Shown: piece after piece, positions 12,501 to 54,320 of the stretch
Layout: each line of letters opens with the position of its first letter
Numbering within the stretch: the stretch's first letter is position 1
Assembly: GCA_002269645.1 (NCBI GenBank)
Contig: NIVC01001013.1
Coordinates: 185,142 to 249,141, forward strand
Length of the DNA: 64,000 nucleotides
Direction: 5' to 3'
Source: Macrostomum lignano
Taxonomy: Eukaryota
Translations under genes and position numbers: made by a program
Notes under the pieces: generated by a model
The model's database searches: none
Seen by the model: the letters and a program-made list of their open reading frames with translations, nothing else
What the model was told of the DNA's origin: nothing

Positions 12501-15500
12501 TAGCTACAGACATATCCCTGTAGTAGAGTAGCTACAGACATCCCTGTAGTAGAGTAGCTACAGACATCCCTGTAGTAGAGTAGCTACAGACAGCCCTGTA
12601 GTAGAGTAGCTACAGACAGCCCTGTAGTAAAGTAGCTACAGACAGCCCTGTAGTAGAGTAGCTACAGACAGCCCTGTAGTAGAGTAGCTACAGACATCCC
12701 TGTAGTAGAGTAGCTACAGACATATCCCTGTAGTAGAGTAGCTACAGACATATCCCTGTAGTAGAGTAGCTACAGACATCCCTGTAGTAGAGTAGCTACA
12801 GACATCCCTGTAGTAGAGTAGCTACAGACATCCCTGTAGTAGAGTAGCTACAGACATCCCTGTAGTAGAGTAGCTACAGACATATCCCTGTAGTAGAGTA
12901 GCTACAGACATCCCTGTAGTAGAGTAGCTACAGACATCCCTGTAGTAGAGTAGCTACAGACATCCCTGTAGTAGAGTAGCTACAGACAGCCCTGTAGTAG
13001 AGTAGCTACAGACATCCCTGTAGTAGAGTAGCTACAAACATCCCTGTAGTAGAGTAGCTACAGATATCCCTGTAGTAGAGTAGCTACAGACATCCCTGTA
13101 GTAGAGTAGCTACAGACATCCCTGTAGTAGAGTAGCTACAGATATCCCTGTAGTAGAGTAGCTACAGACATCCCTGTAGTAGAGTAGCTACAGACATCCC
13201 TGTAGTAGAGTAGCTACAGACATCCCTGTAGTAGAGTAGCTACAGACATCCCTGTAGTAGAGTAGCTACAGACAGCCCTGTAGTAGAGTAGCTACAGACA
13301 TCCCTGTAGTAGAGTAGCTACAAACATCCCTGTAGTAGAGTAGCTACAGATATCCCTGTAGTAGAGTAGCTACAGACATATCCCTGTAGTAGAGTAGCTA
13401 CAGATATCCCTGTAGTAGAGTAGCTACAGACATCCCTGTAGTAGAGTAGCTACAGATATCCCTGTAGTAGAGTAGCTACAGATATCCCTGTAGTAGAGTA
13501 GCTACAGATATCCCTGTAGTAGAGTAGCTACAGACATCCCTGTAGTAGAGTAGCTACAGACATCCCTGTAGTAGAGTAGCTACAGACATCCCTGTAGTAG
13601 AGTAGCTACAGACATATCCCTGTAGTAGAGTAGCTACAGACATCACTGTAGTAGAGTAGCTACAAACATCCCTGTAGTAGAGTAGCTACAAACATCCCTG
13701 TAGTAGAGTAGCTACAGACATCCCTGTAGTAGAGTAGCTACAGATATCCCTGTAGTAGAGTAGCTACAGATATCCCTGTAGTAGAGTAGCTACAGATATC
13801 CCTGTAGTAGAGTAGCTACAGATATCCCTGTAGTAGAGTAGCTACAGACATATCCCTGTAGTAGAGTAGCTACAGACATATCCATTTAGTAGAGTAGCTA
13901 CAGACATATCCCTGTAGTAGAGTAGCTACAGACATCCCTGTAGTAGAGTAGCTACAGACATCCCTGTAGTAGAGTAGCTACAGACATATCCCTGTAGTAG
14001 AGTAGCTACAGACATCCCTGTAGTAGAGTAGCTACAGACATCCCTGTAGTAGAGTAGCTACAGACATCCCTGTAGTAGAGTAGCTACAGATATCCCTGTA
14101 GTAGAGTAGCTACAGATATCCCTGTAGTAGAGTAGCTACAGACAGCCCTGTAGTAGAGTAGCTACAGATATCCCTGTAGTAGAGTAGCTACAGACATATC
14201 CCTGTAGTAGAGTAGCTACAGACATCACTGTAGTAGAGTAGCTACAAACATCCCTGTAGTAGAGTAGCTACAAACATCCCTGTAGTAGAGTAGCTACAGA
14301 CATCCCTGTAGTAGAGTAGCTACAGACATCCCTGTAGTAGAGTAGCTACAGATATCCCTGTAGTAGAGTAGCTACAGACATCCCTGTAGTAGAGTAGCTA
14401 CAGACATATCCCTGTAGTAGAGTAGCTACAGACATATCCATTTAGTAGAGTAGCTACAGACATCCCTGTAGTAGAGTAGCTACAGACATCCCTGTAGTAG
14501 AGTAGCTACAGACATATCCCTGTAGTAGAGTAGCTACAGACATCCCTGTAGTAGAGTAGCTACAGATATCCCTGTAGTAGAGTAGCTACAGACATCCCTG
14601 TAGTAGAGTAGCTACAGACAGCCCTGTAGTAGAGTAGCTACAGACATCCCTGTAGTACAGTAGCTACAGACATCCCTGTAGTAGAGTAGCTACAGATATC
14701 CCTGTAGTAGAGCAGCTACAGACATATCCCTGTAGTAGAGTAGCTACAGACATCCCTGTAGTAGAGTAGCTACAGACATCCCTGTAGTAGAGTAGCTACA
14801 GACATCCCTGTAGTAGAGTAGCTACAGACATCCCTGTAGTAGAGTAGCTACAGACATCCCTGTAGTAGAGTAGCTACAGACATATCCCTGTAGTAGAGTA
14901 GCTACAGACATATCCATTTAGTAGAGTAGCTACAGACATATCCCTGTAGTAGAGTAGCTACAGACATCCCTGTAGTAGAGTAGCTACAGACATCCCTGTA
15001 GTAGAGTAGCTACAGACATCCCTGTAGTAGAGTAGCTACAGACATCCCTGTAGTAGAGTAGCTACAGACATCCCTGTAGTAGAGTAGCTACAGACATCCC
15101 TGTAGTAGAGTAGCTACAGACATCCCTGTAGTAGAGTAGCTACAGACATATCCCTGTAGTAGAGTAGCTACAGACATATCCCTGTAGTAGAGTAGCTACA
15201 GACATCCCTGTAGTAGAGTAGCTACAGACATATCCCTGTAGTAGAGTAGCTACAGACATATCCATTTAGTAGAGTAGCTACAGACATCCCTGTAGTAGAG
15301 TAGCTACAGACATCCCTGTAGTAGAGTAGCTACAGACATCCCTGTAGTAGAGTAGCTACAGATATCCCTGTAGTAGAGTAGCTACAGATATCCCTGTAGT
15401 AGAGTAGCTACAGACATATCCCTGTAGTAGAGTAGCTACAGACATATCCCTGTAGTAGAGTAGCTACAGACATCCCTGTAGTAGAGTAGCTACAGACATC

Positions 15501-15595
15501 CCTGTAGTAGAGTAGCTACAGACATCCCTGTAGTAGAGTAGCTACAGACATCCCTGTAGTAGAGTAGCTACAGACATCCCTGTAGTAGAGTAGCT
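9555..15595. repeat. 6-kb satellite array, 26/28-bp unit (CAGACA[TA]TCCCTGTAGTAGAGTAGCTA)n, with a 2,932-bp higher-order duplication
   Basis: Unit read directly; rare variants recur at a constant offset of 2,932. Confidence 0.98.
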
Positions 15596-16108
15596 TACCC
15601 GTATCGCTCCCACGATTCTGTTCCCATGACAACCGCAGTGCAGCAGCGGATCTGACAGACAAGCGCAATCAAAGCAACTCAAAGAAAGCATTAAAAATAA
15701 TAATTTTTGGAGCAGAGCCTGTAGCAGAAAATCAACCGGAAGAGCTACTAAGATGAAAATCTGACAAAAATTGGAATCGAATATGCAAGAATATGACGCT
15801 GAGGAACTGAAGCTGATCACAGTCTTAGCACAATATTCAAGGTATAATTGAATATAATATTTCAATATAACAAATCTAGTAAACGGATTACTGCAGTCTA
15901 TTATCTTTGCAAATGATGGGGCGCAGAGTCTGGGAATATCATATATTGTAATAAATATTTATTCCACCATTTTTGAATGCATGCAGCAAATATTTTTATA
16001 GCTATACGCTCACTATGTTACTATTAAGTAGTCTAACAGAGAAAATAAGCAGATAAAAGTGTTCTGAGAACTTCATGGAGACTTTTGTGCTGAATGAAAG
16101 CGAATTGG

Positions 16109-44983
<28,875 letters not shown>

Positions 44984-45564
44984 GACCCTAGGAGTTCCGA
45001 GTCTATAAGTCTGTTATTAAAATACTAATAGAAGAAAATAGACCAACAGACTGGCTTGTGCTGCAGCGGCAGCAGCAGCGGCAGGCGGGCATGCAGACAC
45101 GTGTCACACACACCACCAGGGCCGGTTCGCTTTGTCCGACTGTCTGTCCTGCAGGCTTCGCTACTACGTGGGACGTCTGCGGGCTCCAGCGGCACTGATA
45201 GGGCCAGTCCTAAGCGCTTCATCTAGCATGCAGATAGGACGGTCTGGGGGAGGCTGGGAGGGGAAGTGCAGCCAAGAGAGAGAGAAAGCCGAAGGGGCAG
45301 GAAAATCGATGGGGCTGAGCTGTCGGGAGGTTTCAGCGGCGCGAGAGGCTGGCGGCGGCGCCAGCACTTTGAAAGTGGATGCCATGCAGTGTGTCCCGTG
45401 CACAGGCGTGCGTGTGTGGGGCGGGGAGATAACCTCTGCACCCAATGCTAGGGGAGAGGCTGGGAGATGAGGGAGAATGCAATGCTAAGGAGCTGGAGGC
45501 ATGGGGTGAGCGATCCGGTCGGCAGTACAAGCTTGGGAGGGGTTGGGCGACACGGTCTCTAGGA

Positions 45565-46057
45565 GCTGTTGACCTTGGCAACGAGATGTCCTGAATACTG
45601 CGATTGGTTAAACAACAGGACCGACTAGGCCAAAAGCACAGGCGTCAGAGACTTGTCGCTTTCCTTTATTTTTAAAATCCCGTCCCTCTGTTCTCTCTAA
45701 TCTTGGCTTTAGCACCACCTATCAATTATGTGTGTTATTTCACAGAAAGCTGGGCTGCTTCGTTTCTATGAAAAATATGTTTTTTGAAGGCTCAAAGTAG
45801 CAAGCATTGAGCCTTTGAAAATTTCTTGAAACGATTTGCCTCGTCTTGTCTACTTACTAATAGTAGTACACGGTTTGAATTTGTATTTAATCTACATGAA
45901 AAAGGTGTGTATTATAATGCCTAATGCTAAGTACTTTTTAATGTCCATAATAGGCCAGTAAATAATGAAATTATAGTTATTACGCCTAAGTACATTGTTA
46001 ATGTACATGTTCAAGTGTACAGATTGCTCACACACTGCGGTGACGTGCAAAATGCGC
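45565..46057 (+). repeat. Inverted duplicate of the XPO7 3' end (last codons, stop and 3' flank; source 49070-49562)
   Basis: About 490 bp of near-identical reverse-complement sequence. Confidence 0.93.
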
Positions 46058-46454
46058 ACAGGGAGGAGCATTCAGAAAGGCCAATTAAATTGGATAGAAA
46101 TGTCGGGGAACTGGTTGCCAAATTTCCCATATTTCTGCAAACTATAAATACGAGTACAAATCGTCACCCTTCATTGCATATTTTGTATGGTCTAGACAGA
46201 ATGGTGTTGCCATGCAGATACAATATTCCCTGTTGGGAGATTATTAATTTAGGTTTGTAAATAATGTCTGATTTCAATTAGACATACGAGATATAGATAT
46301 ATATATAGATATACGCTCGTGTTTATATGAGACAGACATCTTTAACTCGCAATTGTGAAGAGAAAGTGGTGTAAAGCTATTTGCTTGCACCTTTTTTCTG
46401 ACTAAATTGAGAGACAATCCTTAAAACATAAAAAATTCCCGTCTTCCTTCTCCC

Positions 46455-46960
46455 TATGATCTGTCAGCTGTTCCTGTCTCCTATGATCTGTCAGCTGTTC
46501 CTGTCTCCTATGATCTGTCAGCTGTTCCTGTCTCCTATGATCTGTCAGCTGTTCCTGTCTCCTATGATCTGTCAGCTGTTCCTGTCTCCTATGATCTGTC
46601 AGCTGTTCCTGTCTCCTATGATCTGTCAGCTGTTCCTGTCTCCTATGATCTGTCAGCTGTTCCTGTCTCCTATGATCTGTCAGCTGTTCCTGTCTCCTAT
46701 GATCTGTCAGCTGTTCCTGTCTCCTATGATCTGTCAGCTGTTCCTGTCTCCTATGATCTGTCAGCTGTTCCTGTCTCCTATGATCTGTCAGCTGTTCCTG
46801 TCTCCTATGATCTGTCAGCTGTTCCTGTCTCCTATGATCTGTCAGCTGTTCCTGTTTCCTATGATCTGTCAGCTGATCCTGTCTCCTATGATCTGTCAGC
46901 TGTTCCTGTCTCCTATGATCTGTCAGCTGTTTCTGTCTCCCTATGATATGTCAGCTGTTC
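46455..46960. repeat. 27-bp repeat (TATGATCTGTCAGCTGTTCCTGTCTCC)n
   Basis: Read directly. Confidence 0.97.
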
Positions 46961-47811
46961 CTGTCTTCGATGATCTGTGTAAGCTGGTCCTGTCCGTCCT
47001 GCCCTGTTCTTCTGCCTGACTTGTGAATGTAAACTAATCGAATAGATAGAACAGACCACACTTGGACACGCATTTAATTAAAACAAGTATTTTTCAAAGT
47101 CAGTCATCGCTCAATCCGAATTTCAGATACGCACGCGCACAGGCTGCGCATCCAATTTATAATTTATTTGATTTATTGTTTTCTTCATTAAAGAAAAGCC
47201 TCGGGCGAACTTGTCATTACAGTTTATACCACTATTACTACTACAAATAGGAGTAAATGCATTTTTAAACAGAGACCGAACAAGCGTTGCTGGTTGCTCC
47301 TGTAGTCGGGGCAGAGGAGATAAATCGGTGGGGACCGGACTCGAGCAACTCGGCCTTGAGTAGAAAAAATACAAATCGAATTTCAGACAACGAAACCACA
47401 CACGCGGGCTTCGGTGGCAAGTGATAACTCAATAAATATGCACAATACGGCATTCTCCAAACCTTTGTCCCATGTTGGATTCAATCTAGCAGGAAAATGC
47501 CAAGGTGATTGGCTTTTGTCTGGCCAAGCTATACTACAATAATGCAGTCGTTTGATTGTTTGAAGTTCTGAAGCGCTAGATTGGAGGGCCAAAAAAGTGT
47601 ACATGACTGACAGATAAGAGAGTCAGGACCGCTGTACAACCTATGTGAGCCAGTGTGCGCCAGCGTACATGCGCTTATTCGCATGCGTAGGAGCACAATG
47701 ACCTCTGTTTCTCACTGTTTCTGCTGTCTATGGCCCAACCTCTCTAATCAATATCTATTATAAATCCGACCTACGTGTTGCGCATTTTCATTGAGTAGCT
47801 ATGCCAGACAA

Positions 47812-48265
47812 AGGCAGTACAGCATTTTTCAGTCCATTTGGGCCTACACGCATTGAATTTAATCCAAGATACGTTTGCCAAAGTAACGGAGCTTTTGTCT
47901 ATAGTAGCAAGGCTGGCACAGCGGCATCTAATTTGATCTCATAGTCACTCTGCAGTTTCACCCCTAGATTTTCATTTAGACATGACTGTCACAGGCAGTG
48001 AGCAAGAAAGCGGTGCTTCATCAGCCCCAGAATCGTGGACCATATGCCAGACTGTTGAACAAATGCCATGGGCTTTTTGCTCTTTGAATTTTTGACGTCA
48101 CCTTGTGTTGGAACAGTGAAATTTGCTTCAATAAATTGCATTACACAACTGTGACTCATGATTGGGTTTCATAGCCGCTATGGACCAAATTAAATGCCGC
48201 GGTGGCAGCCCTGCTACCATAGACAAAAGCTCCATTGCAAACGAATCTTGGATTAGATTCAATCC
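47812..48265. mobile_element. Foldback MITE, family B copy 2 (inverted relative to 24830-25352)
   Basis: Shares the TIRs and the internal sequence. Confidence 0.83.
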
Positions 48266-49532
48266 AAGTGATCCTATATAATAGAAGAAGCAACTGAGAA
48301 AAATCCTTCCGCTTGACAACTTGGGCACAGGTATTGAACGGCAAAGTTCCAACAATAGATTAATATAATAGTTAGCAAACAGCAATGGTTAACAGACCGC
48401 GTGTTACAATAAAATCAATGAATACAGACAGTTGAACAAATGGAAAGGGATAATAAAAGAAGCAATTTTTAGACACAAAATAATCTAACACGCGAGCAGT
48501 AAAAATCAGACAAGAAAAAATATGCTTATTAATTGACCCGAGGACCGGATTATAGATACTCGGAAATTTAGCATTTACCTGGGTGCAAGCAGTTCAATCC
48601 TTTGCGGGAAAGCCAAGCTACTAAAGACTTGCTGTTCACCTGTCTATGGCCCAAACAGTGGGTCTGTGAAGCAGTCGGTTGACAGTAATAAATCTTTCTT
48701 GCATTTGATGGCATTAATAAGTTGCAAACCAGGGGTAAAACCATAATGCACATTATAAGTCGGGAACAATCTCTATGTGTCTCTCTCAAAGCAATTTCGG
48801 GCAGAGAATTTCTTCCGAAATGCTAATTTGAATGTAACTAGTTGTACTTGTGCCAAACTTGAATACAGCAAGATTAAAGCAAAAAAGCTACTCACCGTTT
48901 AACCTACTAAATAAGAAATTGTTTTTACAGAATATCGACCTGCAGCCAGAAACTAGACATTAGACATGATGTACACTGCTCAATGCCTGCAAAAATAACC
49001 ATAGAGTACACAAGAAATATGAAGTATTTTTTGATAATTAAATTGTATTAAAATATGTAAATTTAGTGGGCGCATTTTGCACGTCACCGCAGTGTGTGAG
49101 CAATCTGTACACTTGAACATGTACATTTACAATGTACTTAGGCGTAATAACTATAAATTTTTTATTTACTGGCCTATTATGGACATTAAAAAGTACTTAG
49201 CATTAGGCGTTATAATACACACCTTTTTCATGTAGATTAAATACAAATTCAAACCGTGTACTACTATTAGTAAGTAGACAAGACGAGGCAACTCGTTTCA
49301 AGAAATTTTCAAAGGCTCAATGCTTGCTACTTTGAGCCTTCAAAAAACATATTTTTCATAGAAACGAAGCAGCCCAGCTTTCTGTGAAATAACACACATA
49401 ATTGATAGGTGGTGCTAAAGCCAAGATTAGAGAGAACAGAGGGACGGGATTTTATGAATAAAGGAAAGCGACAAGTCTCTGACGCCTGTGTTTTTGGCCT
49501 AGTCGGTCCTGTTATTTATTCAATCGCAGTAT

Positions 49533-49901
49533 TCAGGACATCTCGTTGCCAAGGTCAACAGCCGGGGCGGCTTTCAACGCGTCGCCAATGTCCCGCCTGA
49601 ACAGCGACAGATTCTGGGTGAACTTGTCCCGATTCCGAACCAGCAGATTCCGCTCGACGCCCTCCATGAGCTTGTCGAAACAGGCGGACACGGCCGATTG
49701 CCGCTCCATCCCGGCCTGGCCGCCGCCCCACTGCTGCGAGCTGATGATGGAGGCGCGCACCTCTTGGAAGCATTTCTCATTTAGCAGTATGAGCGGCAGC
49801 AGCGGCCGGGACAGGCTCCATTGGTGCCGGCAATCTTCGAATACCACAATGTTGAGCAGGGTGACCAGCAGCTGCTCCAGCAGGCGGGGCTGGACACTGG
49901 T
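49533..49901 (-). CDS. XPO7: XPO7 exon 6 (terminal)
   Basis: Acceptor CACGCAG|ACC; TGA at 49533-49535; minus-strand AATAAA about 12 nt after the stop. Confidence 0.93.
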   Translation of the reverse strand, partial: TSVQPRLLEQLLVTLLNIVVFEDCRHQWSLSRPLLPLILLNEKCFQEVRASIISSQQWGGGQAGMERQSAVSACFDKLMEGVERNLLVRNRDKFTQNLSLFRRDIGDALKAAPAVDLGNEMS

Positions 49902-52900
49902 CTGCGTGGGCGGATAATTGCAAGCGCGATTATTAATATATTAACCATTTAGAAATCCTCTATATATAACTCGATAATAGCCCTAATAGTTCATAGAAGG
50001 TTCCCAAACCGAATCCACGAAAATTTATACAAAGCGATTATTAATCCCCATAGCAACCTAGAAGTCTCCATATCATCAATCTCCAAATCTATACATCAAC
50101 CAATAAATCCGAATAGTGACTCTTAAACTCCATAATCGATTCAAATCCCCATAGCAAAACAAACATCCTCATAGAGCCATAAAACCTCATAGAAACTTAG
50201 AAATCCCCATGACAACCAATAAATCCCCATAACCACCCAGAATTAGCAATGACAGCCAATAAATCCTCATAGCAACCTAGAATTTCCAATGACAATCAAT
50301 AAATCCCCATAACAACCCAGAATTTTCTCATGACAACCAATAAATCCCCATAGCAACCCAGAATTAGCAATGACAACAAATAAATCGCCATAGCAACCCA
50401 GAATTTCCCATGACAATCAATAAATCCCCATAACAACCCAGAATTTCCCATGACAACCAATAAATCGCCATAGCAACCCAGAAGTCCCCATGGCAACCAA
50501 TAAATACTGATAGCGGACCAGAACTCCTCATATTTTTCCAAATCCCAGCATCGCAGCAACTCGCCTGCATTCGATCGCACGCCTCCCTTTGCCGAGGCCT
50601 TAGTCTGCCGCGCCGTTGCAGACAGGTGAAGAGGAAGCTGAGCAGACTATCGAGCACAGCGCAGCAAGCCGAGCAGACCAGAGTATCGGAAGAAGTCAGG
50701 CCATCGTGAACGGATTGCAGCACGTACAGAAAGACAGTGGGCTCGGAGCCGGCCAAGAAGTACACATGGTCCTGGGCCAGACAGTCCAGCAGAGGATAAT
50801 AAGCCTGAGACAGTTTCGGATATTGCAACAGTTCAGTCTGTTCAACGCTGAGCAATAGGCGGACAAATACAGACAGCGCAGAGTCCAATGCTGGGTCCTG
50901 GTACAGACTGAATACGCCAAGGTTCACATAGTTGCCAGATAGACTTGCTTTCAATATAGTAAAGCAGACAGCGATGCCCTTCAACTTGTGATGATAGATT
51001 CGTTCCTTAGGCGGCTGTCTGGCCAGAAGGCCTTCGCCGTAGGTGCAGACAACCCGGGACAGCTCGCGGAACAGGAGGACACCGTCCGGGCTGGCCACGT
51101 CGAACTGCAGCCGGTTGGACCGGTTTTGCGCCACCTCGGCGTACAGCTTCAGGATCGGGGTGGTCACCTCGGGGGAGGCGCCCCAGACCTGCCATCCGGA
51201 GTTGTTTAGTTCGGTATTAAATTTTTGTTCTAGTACTAGCTTTACTACTTGTAGTATCGAAGAACAGGAAACAGTGTGAGGCGGGATATGGATCGATAGA
51301 CACATAATGGAGGGAGACGGTGAGATGGGACGGAGACAGTGGGATAGGAGAGGAAGGCACTGAGATGAGAGAGACAGTGAGATGGGAGAGGGAGACAGTG
51401 AGATGAGAGAGATAGGAGAGGGAGACAGTGAGATGGAAGAGGGAGACAGTGAGATGAGAGATATAGGAGAGGGAGACAGTGAGATGGGAGAGGGAGAGTG
51501 AGATGAGAGAGACAGTGAGATGGGAGAGGGAGACACTGAGATAGAAGATGGAGAGAGTAAGATGAGAAAGAGAGACAGAGAGATAGGAGTGGGAGACATT
51601 GAAATGAGAGAGACAGTGAGATGGGAGAGGGAAACAGTGAGATGGGAGATTGAGATGGGAGAGGGAAACAGTGAGATGGGAGAGAGAGACAGTGACATGA
51701 GAGGGAGACACTGAGATAAAAGATGGAGAAAGTGAGATGAGAAAGAGAGATAGAGAGATAGGAGTGGGAGACATTGAAATGAGAGAGATACAGTGAGATG
51801 AGAGAGGGAGACAGTGAGATAGGAGAGGGAGACAGTGAGATAGAGGGAGACAGTGAGATGGGAGGGAGGGAGGGAGACAGTGGGATAGGAGAGGGAGGCA
51901 CTGAGATAGAAGATGGAGAAAGTGAGATGAGAGAGTGAGACAGTGAGATGAGAGAGGGAGACAGTGAGATGAGGAGAGGGAGATGGGAGAGGGAAACAGT
52001 GAGATGGGAGAGAGAGACAGTGACATGAGAGGGAGACACTGAGATAAAAGATGGAGAAAGTGAGATGAGAAAGAGAGACAGAGAGATAGGAGTGGGAGAC
52101 ATTGAAATGAGAGAGATACAGTGAGATGAGAGAGGGAGACAGTGAGATAGGAGAGGGAGACAGTGAGATAGAGGGAGACAGTGAGATGGGAGGGAGGGAG
52201 GGAGACAGTGGGATAGGAGAGGGAGGCACTGAGATAGAAGATGGGAGAAAGTGAGATGAGAGAGTGAGACAGTGAGATGAGAGAGGGAGACAGTGAGATG
52301 GGAGAGGGAGACAATGAGATAGAGGGAGACAGTGAGATGGGAGAGGGAGACAATGAGATGGAGGGAGACAGTGAGATGGGAGGGTGGGAGGGAGACAGTG
52401 GGATAGGAGAGGGAGACAGTGAGATGGGAGAGGGAGACAATGGGATAGAGGGAGACAGTGAGATGGGAGAGGGAGACAATGGGATAGAGGGAGATAGTGA
52501 GCTGGGAGGGAGAGAGAGGCAATGTGTAAACGGCCACAAACCTCAAGCGCCTTGACCATAAGCTGTGAATAGTCCGGGCAAAACCAATCCAGCAGCATCA
52601 TATAGGCAGTCTTAGTATTCAAACTGAACGCAATGCCGCGCAGATCTCTAGCCAAGCCAACAAGGCCAGTCTGAGCCTCCTGCAGTTGATTTGAATTGAG
52701 CAAATTGCCAACATTAGAGAATGCGTCAGTTAGCGGCTGCATAAACGCCTGGAATCGGTCCTCGTCTTCGCCCAGATCGACCATCAGCAGGCGGCCCAGA
52801 GCGGCATAGAATGAGGTGCGAAATTTCAGCCTAGTCGGCAGGGTCTCCTGGCCGCTGAGGAACGGGAAATGCGCGGCGGAATGATTGGCCAGTACGAATT

Positions 52901-54267
52901 GGACGCTTTCTAGTCTGACCAGTTTGCGCACTGCGGAATAGCCGGCGCTGAGATCGCTGAGCAGGGCCAATGTGCGGCCTATGATGGTCTCGTGGTGGCT
53001 CCAGAATTTTAGATTGGCTATTACCTGAGAGTTTGTTGATTGAAGAAAAGTTGTTAGGACTTTTACCGTTGGTTATTGCCAGATGATCCCTTGATTTTAC
53101 ACTGAGATAGTCTGATATCTAGACCCAATTTGGAGATCAGTTCACGCATTGTATTTCTTAGGGGGACACCCGACCCCTATACTTGTTGGGGGAGGGGTCA
53201 GTTGACCTTCGGATTTCTTAGGGAGGGTCCATCAGACCCTTTAAACCTTCTTTGAACTCCTATGGTGGTCACGTGACCACTGGAATTTTTTAGGAATCAT
53301 CAAACCACTTGAAATTCTAAGGGGTCACTTGACCCCCCCCTTGAAATTCTTGGGAATATTTGAAATACTTGTACTTCTGGTAGGGGTCAACTGACCCCCC
53401 TTGGAATTCTTAGGAATCTTGGAAACACTTGTACTTCTAATAGGGGTCAACTGACCCCTGGAATTCTCGAGAATCTTCGAAATACTTGTACTTCTGGAAG
53501 GGGTCACTGACCCCTGGGAATTCTTGAGAATCGTTAAACCACTTGTCTTTATAAAAGGGGTCAGGTGACCCCCTTAGCCTTTCTAGGAAGAACAATAGCA
53601 AAACACTTGCCTTAGTAACAAACACAGCCAGAATCGCACTCTCATCTGCTATGCCCAATACTTCGCCCATTCTTCTATAGACTTTGCAGGCCTTCTGCAC
53701 CGAGTCGCCAACGTAGATCTTGCGAAATTGGTCTAGAAAGTAGAGAAACGCCAGCTCCAGCCTGTGAGCAGCGTGGGGCAGCCGCTGGTCGGCCAGCCGC
53801 ATCAGTTGGAGCACCCGGCAGCAGAGCTCCGAGTCCAATTCGTCGTGAACATCGGTTGAATTAAAGGATATCCTGCCGCCAACGCAGGCGCCCATAAAAT
53901 AGGTCAGCCAGGCCAGTTTGCACTCTTGCACAAGTACATCTGTACCGCCCAGCGGCATCACCTGACTATAGGCCGAAGCTGATTGGTCAAATAACTGTAC
54001 AAGCAGTTGAACAGTTTTCTCGTATTCGCAACGACCAATGGTAGCTAATTGTTCCAACTGTTGGCTGACCAAATTCACATCGTCCAGGGGCTGCTCGAGG
54101 CCCTCGCGAAACACTAGCGATACGGAGTCCACTCGGGAGGTCACGTAGGCCTGTTGGGAATGCAATTTGGCATTACTTAACTGTGTGTGTTTAGGATATG
54201 GGAAGCAACTTTGGGTTTGACAGCAGAGACAAAGTACATTTGGCACTTCAGTCTATCTATCTATCTA

Positions 54268-54320
<53 letters not shown>

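Noticed and set aside
9555-15595. Repeat arrays as CRISPR arrays
   Set aside because: Units are contiguous with no unique spacers, there are no cas genes, and the context is eukaryotic. The same applies to the 31-37-bp arrays.
45010-49520. XPO7-KIF1 as an operon
   Set aside because: The gap is about 4.5 kb and contains repeats and a GC-rich promoter-like region near 45030-45560, so it is too long to support without transcript data.
50364-52970. 868-aa ORF as a single XPO7 exon
   Set aside because: It reads through the stop-free GA-rich intron 4 and into intron 5; the true exons are delimited by splice sites and homology.
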